NCBI GenBank assembly: GCA_040771865.1
Contig: JAXGZF010000006.1
Location: forward strand, 1-64,000
Length of the DNA stretch: 64,000 bases
Direction: 5' to 3'
Source of the DNA: Desulfobacterales bacterium
Lineage (GTDB): Bacteria; Desulfobacterota; Desulfobacteria; Desulfobacterales; UBA2245
Shown here: positions 58,835 through 64,000 of the stretch, piece by piece
How positions within the stretch are numbered: the stretch's first letter is position 1
Layout: each line of letters starts with the position of its first letter
The notes under the pieces: generated by a model
Told to the model about the DNA's origin: nothing
Database searches by the model: none
Seen by the model: only the letters and a program-made list of their open reading frames with translations
Program-made: the position numbers and the translations under genes

Positions 58835-60088
58835 TTAAGCCGTTTTCCGAATGCTGAATCTTCGATTCATTCGGGAAACGATCTGTCTGAAGAGGGATGA
58901 TGTACGTACATCCGGCATCAGGGGCTGTCCTCCGCCGTTGACGCACCCGCCCGGGCAGGTCATCACCTCGATGAAATGATACTTGCATTTGCCTTGCCGG
59001 ATTTGTTCAATGACAGGCGCTGCGTTGGCTACGCCGCTGATGACGCAAACGTTCAGGTCGCCGAATTTGGGGACCGGAATCGTTGCCTCCTTGACCCCCT
59101 TGTATGAACGAACCGCCTTGATATCCGGATCGGACAGTTTTTCCCCGGACACCGCCTCATAGGCGAATCGAAGCGCTGCCTCCATGACGCCGCCGCTGGA
59201 TCCGAAAATGGTTGCCGCTCCCGTAGATTCACCCAATACAAACTCCGGCTTTTCTTCGGGAAGACTGTTATAATCGATGCCGGCCTGCTTGATCATCCAA
59301 GCCAGTTCCCGGGTGTTGATCGTCGCGTCGATGTCGCGGTATCCGCTGTCCGCCAGCTCGGGCCTGAGTCCTTCATATTTCTTGGCGATGCAGGGCATGA
59401 TCGACACCGTGTAAATCTTTTTGGGGTGGGCATGCGTCAGTTCCGCGCCGTAGGTTTTACTTAGGGCGCCCAGCATTCCCACAGGAGATTTGCACGAGGA
59501 CAGATTTGGAATCATATCCGGAAAAAAAGTTTCCACAAATTTGATCCAGCCCGGACAGCAGGAAGTGAATTGCGGAAGGGGTTTTTTGATTTTCCCGGTC
59601 AGGCGGCCGAGAAGTTCGGTGCCTTCTTCCAGTATTGTCAGGTCCGCTGTCATCTGGTTGTCCCAGATGTGGTCAAAACCCAGTCTTTTAAGGGCGGCAA
59701 ACATCTTTCCCTCGGCGCAGGTTCCCACCGGCTGGCCGAATGCCTCCGCCAGACCAAAGCGGACGGCTGGCGCCGGCATTGAAACCACGATTTTATCCGG
59801 GTCTTTTAATGCCGCAAAAATTTCATCGACAAAGGAAACGCCTTCGTAGATCGCGCCGTACGGGCAGTTGATCAGGCACTGGCCGCAATTCACACATGCG
59901 GCGGGCGAAACAACGGCGCGAGGCCCATCATCGGCTCCGACCGGCTGAATTACGCCGGTCGGACAGACGTCCTGGCACGCTCCGCATGCCTGACATTTGT
60001 CCGCGTCCACCTGAACAAAGTAAACGTTATCGCTATCCATGCACCAAGGTGCTCCGACCTTTGTGCCCACATTTTCTACAATCCTCAT
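58835..60088 (-). CDS. hydA: [FeFe] hydrogenase large subunit (2x[4Fe-4S] plus H-domain)
   Basis: CxxCxxCxxxCP twice; FTSCCPGW, MPCIAKK, EVMTCPGGCVNGGGQP. Confidence 0.97.
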   Translation of the reverse strand: MRIVENVGTKVGAPWCMDSDNVYFVQVDADKCQACGACQDVCPTGVIQPVGADDGPRAVVSPAACVNCGQCLINCPYGAIYEGVSFVDEIFAALKDPDKIVVSMPAPAVRFGLAEAFGQPVGTCAEGKMFAALKRLGFDHIWDNQMTADLTILEEGTELLGRLTGKIKKPLPQFTSCCPGWIKFVETFFPDMIPNLSSCKSPVGMLGALSKTYGAELTHAHPKKIYTVSIMPCIAKKYEGLRPELADSGYRDIDATINTRELAWMIKQAGIDYNSLPEEKPEFVLGESTGAATIFGSSGGVMEAALRFAYEAVSGEKLSDPDIKAVRSYKGVKEATIPVPKFGDLNVCVISGVANAAPVIEQIRQGKCKYHFIEVMTCPGGCVNGGGQPLMPDVRTSSLFRQIVSRMNRRFSIRKTA

Positions 60089-60396
60089 AATTTCCTCCTG
60101 TTAAGTTAGACATCATTTATCAGCTTGATATCATGAATAATTATAATCGCATTTATCACCCCCTTTGCGAATTGCCCGCCGAAAAATCGACGAGGCATAT
60201 CTTTTTCGAACGAATGCTGATTTGAATGGAAATGGGTCGAAAATGGATGGATGAAGCCCGCCAGAACAACTGAAGAGTTGACGAAAGGCAGCAGATATTA
60301 TAAAAAGAGTTGGAGCTTCTGTTCAAGGAGCTTCATCCACCAGGAGAGGCGGCATTCAACTCTGGCCGGAGGAAACCGCCTCTCCGTTTTTGTTAT

Positions 60397-60422
60397 TTAT
60401 GTCTTTTATGACATAATGTCAA
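60397..60422 (-). promoter_or_regulatory. Palindromic operator-like site next to a -35 box upstream of hydA
   Basis: TTATGTC-N6-GACATAA (60397-60416) immediately after minus-strand TTGACA (60422-60417); -10 box weak. Confidence 0.5.
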
Positions 60423-61005
60423 CTGTATCCCTTTTCAAGCAAACGTTTTTCAAATACAGCGAATGCGTGTAAAGCAGCTGAAAAAATTTTGTATCTGGAG
60501 AATTGATGGGGGGTACGTCGAAAGGTGAAGATTGGCGGAACAGCCTCAAACGATGTAATGGGAAGTCGGGGGGGCTATGTTCGATCCCCCATAAATACTT
60601 GCGCAATATAAATGTGAACTTTCCCATGAATGCAAGACAAGAACGACGCGTTCCCATCAAATCACCATAGAAGGACAACCTTTGCATAAGCTGTTACCCA
60701 TCTGGAAAAGGAAAAGATGAAATTTGAGCGAAGACCTTCGCAATCAAAATTCTACCTAAATAGAAATTGTTTATCTAATTGATTAATAAATGGCTGTCAA
60801 GAGGGATTTTTTGAATGTTGGTTGGGTCTCTGGAATGAAATGCACATGAATTCGTTGATATTTGGAAATAAAGATCTATTGGGGTCGTCCTTTATTAAGG
60901 CGCTGATATTATTATAAACATTCCTTTATAACCGATAAAGGTATCTTGCCAACAGCGCAAGGCTGTGGTACTTTTTCAGAAAAGGTTCTTGAAGGGCTTT
61001 TTGTT

Positions 61006-61320
61006 ATGCAAAAGGAGTTCTGGACAATTCGCGAAGTGATCGAATCTTTCAGCGTGGAAGAGACTTTTCTCGACGATCTCGAAAAAGAGGATATTCTATG
61101 TCCCGTTTTCCGGGCGGAATCGCCGGAAAAATTGTTTTCAGCCGATGATCTCGAGAAGCTGCGCCTGTGCAAAATTCTGGTCGAGGACATGCAGGTCAAT
61201 CTGCCGGGCGTGGAAATCATTCTTCGCCTTCGTCAGAACATGTTTGAAATGCGAAGGCAGTTTGACGACATTCTGGAGGATATGAGCCGCCGCATTCAGG
61301 AAATGCTCAAGAACGAGTAG
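61006..61320 (+). CDS. cbpM: CbpM/MerR-like chaperone modulator
   Basis: F...DLEKLR....L.EDM.VNLPGVEIIL.LR. Confidence 0.8.
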   Translation: MQKEFWTIREVIESFSVEETFLDDLEKEDILCPVFRAESPEKLFSADDLEKLRLCKILVEDMQVNLPGVEIILRLRQNMFEMRRQFDDILEDMSRRIQEMLKNE

Positions 61321-61324
61321 CGCA

Positions 61325-62446
61325 TCACAGTTTAAGACCCGCTCGAGGGCCCTCTCCGTACAAATGATCCATTTCTTTTACAGCTTGAAGTGTTTTTTCA
61401 TCCTGGGTTTTCGGCACCCGCACCTGAAGCCTGACCAGAAAATCTCCCCGTTTTTGGGTTTTGGGGTTGACTGCGCCCTTGCCCTTCAGCCGCAAAGTCT
61501 GACCATTCTGGCTCTGAGGCGGAATCTTGAGGGTGACCGGACCGTCAATGGTCGGGATCAGGATCCTGGCCCCGGCCATGATTTCGGAAAGCGTCACCGG
61601 AACCTCCATGAGCAGATCGTCGTCTTCCCGTTTCAAAAAAGGATGCGGTTTGAGGTGAATGATCAGATAGAGATCTCCGGGCGTTTGAATGCCGGGTCCG
61701 GATTCCCCCTTTCCGGCCACCCGAACCCGCGACCCTTCACGGACTCCCGCCGGTATCTCCACGCGGATTTTTTCGGTTTTTGATCGCTGTCCGCTGCCGC
61801 CGCACCCGGAGCAGACCGTGATGTTTTTTCCCGTTCCGCGGCACTGCGGACAGGTCCGGGTGAATTCCATGGGGCCGTCGGCTACGCTGATTTTTCCCGT
61901 TCCGCGGCAGGCAGAACAAAAAGCCGCGCCCGCCGTGGTGCGAATGCCGGTGCCGTTGCAGTCGATGCAAACATAGGGTTTTTCAATGGCGATCTGGGTG
62001 GAAACTCCCTTCAGAGAACTGATCAAATCGATGGTCATTCCGGTTTCGATATCGCTTCCCTTCCGGGAGCGGCGTGACGAAAAGTCGGCGCCCTGAGAGA
62101 AATCAAATATATTTCCGAAGATATCCTCGTAGCTTCGATAGCGCCCGAAGCCGGGCTCGGCATCGGGACCCTGGTCTTGCGACCATTGCCGGTATTCCCT
62201 GGCTTTTTCCGCGTCAAATCCGGCTCTGAGCCCGTCTTCACCGAACTCATCGTAAATTTTACGTTTTTCAGAATTGCTCAGGCATTCGTAGGCTGCCGAT
62301 GCATCCTTGAACTTCTGTTCAGCCTCCCGGTTTCCGGGGTTCAAATCCGGGTGCCACTTGCGTGCGAGCCGCCGATAGGCCTTTTTAACATCATCGGGTT
62401 TCGCATCCTTTGAAACGCCCAGAATTTCGTAATAGTCCTTTGCCAT
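61325..62446 (-). CDS. dnaJ: DnaJ-family co-chaperone with zinc finger
   Basis: [11 protein letters not shown], four CxxCxGxG repeats, DnaJ C-terminal domain. Confidence 0.88.
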   Translation of the reverse strand: MAKDYYEILGVSKDAKPDDVKKAYRRLARKWHPDLNPGNREAEQKFKDASAAYECLSNSEKRKIYDEFGEDGLRAGFDAEKAREYRQWSQDQGPDAEPGFGRYRSYEDIFGNIFDFSQGADFSSRRSRKGSDIETGMTIDLISSLKGVSTQIAIEKPYVCIDCNGTGIRTTAGAAFCSACRGTGKISVADGPMEFTRTCPQCRGTGKNITVCSGCGGSGQRSKTEKIRVEIPAGVREGSRVRVAGKGESGPGIQTPGDLYLIIHLKPHPFLKREDDDLLMEVPVTLSEIMAGARILIPTIDGPVTLKIPPQSQNGQTLRLKGKGAVNPKTQKRGDFLVRLQVRVPKTQDEKTLQAVKEMDHLYGEGPRAGLKL

Positions 62447-62575
62447 AATTGTCTCCGCCCACAGGATATCATTTTGTGCAGATTATATTGAAAGGTATAT
62501 TGAGCGCCCTTAAAATGTCAAATAATTACGGGAACAATTCTGCTTCAGGATTTAACCTGAACGGTCTTGCCCCGG

Positions 62576-62604
62576 TTGACTTCCTTCCGGCTTTCCTCTA
62601 TGAT
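62576..62604 (+). promoter_or_regulatory. Sigma70-like promoter of thyX
   Basis: TTGACT-17 nt-TATGAT. Confidence 0.7.
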
Positions 62605-62653
62605 GTCCGTAATTTGATTTATTATAACCGGCTGGATTCTTGAGGAATTTATC

Positions 62654-63268
62654 ATGAAAATAATCGAGCAGAGCTGGAGCTGGCTGCAAAAGCCGCCCCG
62701 GCCTCTGGAGCTGATCGAACGGGCGGGCCGAACCTGTTATCAGTCCGAAGAACGCATCGGTCCGGGCACTTCGGAAAAATTCGCCCGCATGCTGGTCAGC
62801 CGCGGCCACGAGTCGGTCATTGAGCATTGTTCTGCATCGATTCGCTTTATCACTAACCGGGGTGTTACCCATGAACTGGTTCGACACCGTCTGGCGTCTT
62901 ATTCCCAGGAATCCACCCGATATGTTCGCTACGATCGGATGGAATTTATTCAACCTGTCTGGTGGAACACCTGGAGCCCGGAAGAGCAGCAGACCTGGCT
63001 GAAAGCCATGGAAACCGCCGAGTCTTGCTATCGGCATCTGCTGGAAAGCGGAAGTTCTCCGGAACAGGCACGCGAGGTACTGCCGCAATCCCTCAAAACC
63101 GAAATCGTCATGACCGCCAATCTTCGGGAATGGCGTTCCGTATTTCATCTGAGATGCAGCCAGGCGGCTCATCCCCAGATCCGCGTCCTGATGCGGGATT
63201 GTCTTCGAGGATTTTCCCGGGAAATTCCGGTTCTGTTTGAAGACCTTGCGGAAAAATTTTCCGATTAA
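62654..63268 (+). CDS. thyX: Flavin-dependent thymidylate synthase
   Basis: GHESVIEH, HELVRHR..SYSQESTRY, AREVLP, NLREW. Confidence 0.96.
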   Translation: MKIIEQSWSWLQKPPRPLELIERAGRTCYQSEERIGPGTSEKFARMLVSRGHESVIEHCSASIRFITNRGVTHELVRHRLASYSQESTRYVRYDRMEFIQPVWWNTWSPEEQQTWLKAMETAESCYRHLLESGSSPEQAREVLPQSLKTEIVMTANLREWRSVFHLRCSQAAHPQIRVLMRDCLRGFSREIPVLFEDLAEKFSD

Positions 63269-63317
63269 TCGCAACCCCCCTTTTTCCGGCCGGGAAAGTC
63301 CGGAATTCAGAATATTC

Positions 63318-64000
63318 ATGATTGCCATTGAAAATCTCAGCAAAAGCTACGGCGGCCAGAGCCTTTTTGAAGACGTCTCCGTAAAGATCAATTCCCGGGA
63401 GCGCATCGGCCTGGTCGGCCGAAACGGCGACGGCAAAACCACACTTTTTCGAATGATCATCGGCGAGGAAGCACCGGATTCAGGAGTCATTTCGGTTCCG
63501 AAAAACTATTGTCTGGGTTATGTGCGGCAGGAAATCGCGTTTGCCGAGGATACGGTACTGAAAGAGGCTATGCGGGGCCTGCCCGTTTCCGAAAATGACC
63601 AGACATGGAAGGCGGAAAAGGTTCTCTTCGGGCTGGGCTTCAGCGAAAAGGATTTGAATCGCAGACCGGATGAATTTTCCGGCGGATTCCAGGTCCGCCT
63701 CAACCTGGCCAGGGTGCTTGTTTCCGAGCCGGATCTGATTCTTCTCGATGAGCCCACCAATTATCTGGACATTACCGCCATTCGATGGATGGAGCGCTTT
63801 CTGGTTTCCTGGCCCAGAGAACTGCTTCTCATCACGCATGACCGAAGTTTTATGGACCGAGTGATTACCCATACCCTGGGTATCCATCGGAAAAAAATGC
63901 GCAAGATCGAGGGCCCGACTGAAAAATACTATGCCCAGATCGCCCAGGAAGAAGAAATTCATGAAAAGACCCGAATCAATGATGAGCGGCGGAAAAAAGA
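63318..64000 (+). CDS. ABC-F family ATPase (partial, runs off the window)
   Basis: Manual translation: MIAIENLSKSYG...GRNGDGKTT...FSGGFQVRL...LDEPTNYLD...THDR. Confidence 0.92.
   Translation, partial: MIAIENLSKSYGGQSLFEDVSVKINSRERIGLVGRNGDGKTTLFRMIIGEEAPDSGVISVPKNYCLGYVRQEIAFAEDTVLKEAMRGLPVSENDQTWKAEKVLFGLGFSEKDLNRRPDEFSGGFQVRLNLARVLVSEPDLILLDEPTNYLDITAIRWMERFLVSWPRELLLITHDRSFMDRVITHTLGIHRKKMRKIEGPTEKYYAQIAQEEEIHEKTRINDERRKK

Noticed and set aside
60264..60324. Hammerhead-like CTGAAGA...GAAA core
   Set aside because: Stem II would be only 1-2 bp and stems I and III are weak; likely chance unless an Infernal search says otherwise.

Overview
Chromosomal window from a sulfate-reducer-like deltaproteobacterium. 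The taxon is inferred from gene content (cytochrome c3, periplasmic [FeFe] hydrogenase, Fur-FeoA) and is probably Desulfobacterota. 1-10 kb is an accessory polymorphic-toxin region. It holds a Sec-signal/Ig-like/DUF6531 Rhs protein whose C-terminal tip strongly resembles vertebrate serum amyloid A (SAA), an unlisted 58-aa membrane-anchored candidate immunity gene, an IS3 element, an orphan beta-propeller gene, an Rhs-core remnant cut by an IS256 element, and a radical SAM gene running off the left edge. 10-53 kb is mostly housekeeping: DinG-like helicase, a hidden ArsC-like selenoprotein, proC, fadL, Ni/Co ECF transporter, mgtE, tat, cytochrome c3, dapA, ilvE, eukaryote-type UGPase, an EndoQ-UvrD fusion, a candidate oriC before rdgC-like/dnaN/gyrB with no dnaA, fur-feoAB, a two-component system, mlaDEF and purN. 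53.6-60.4 kb is a co-oriented cluster of hydA-hydB, a TM1266-family regulator, an ABC importer and a TonB-dependent receptor with no hydEFG, preceded by a structured leader. The window ends with cbpM, dnaJ, thyX and a partial ABC-F gene. No CRISPR array, tRNA or rRNA was seen. All calls come from reading motifs by eye; no database search was run.
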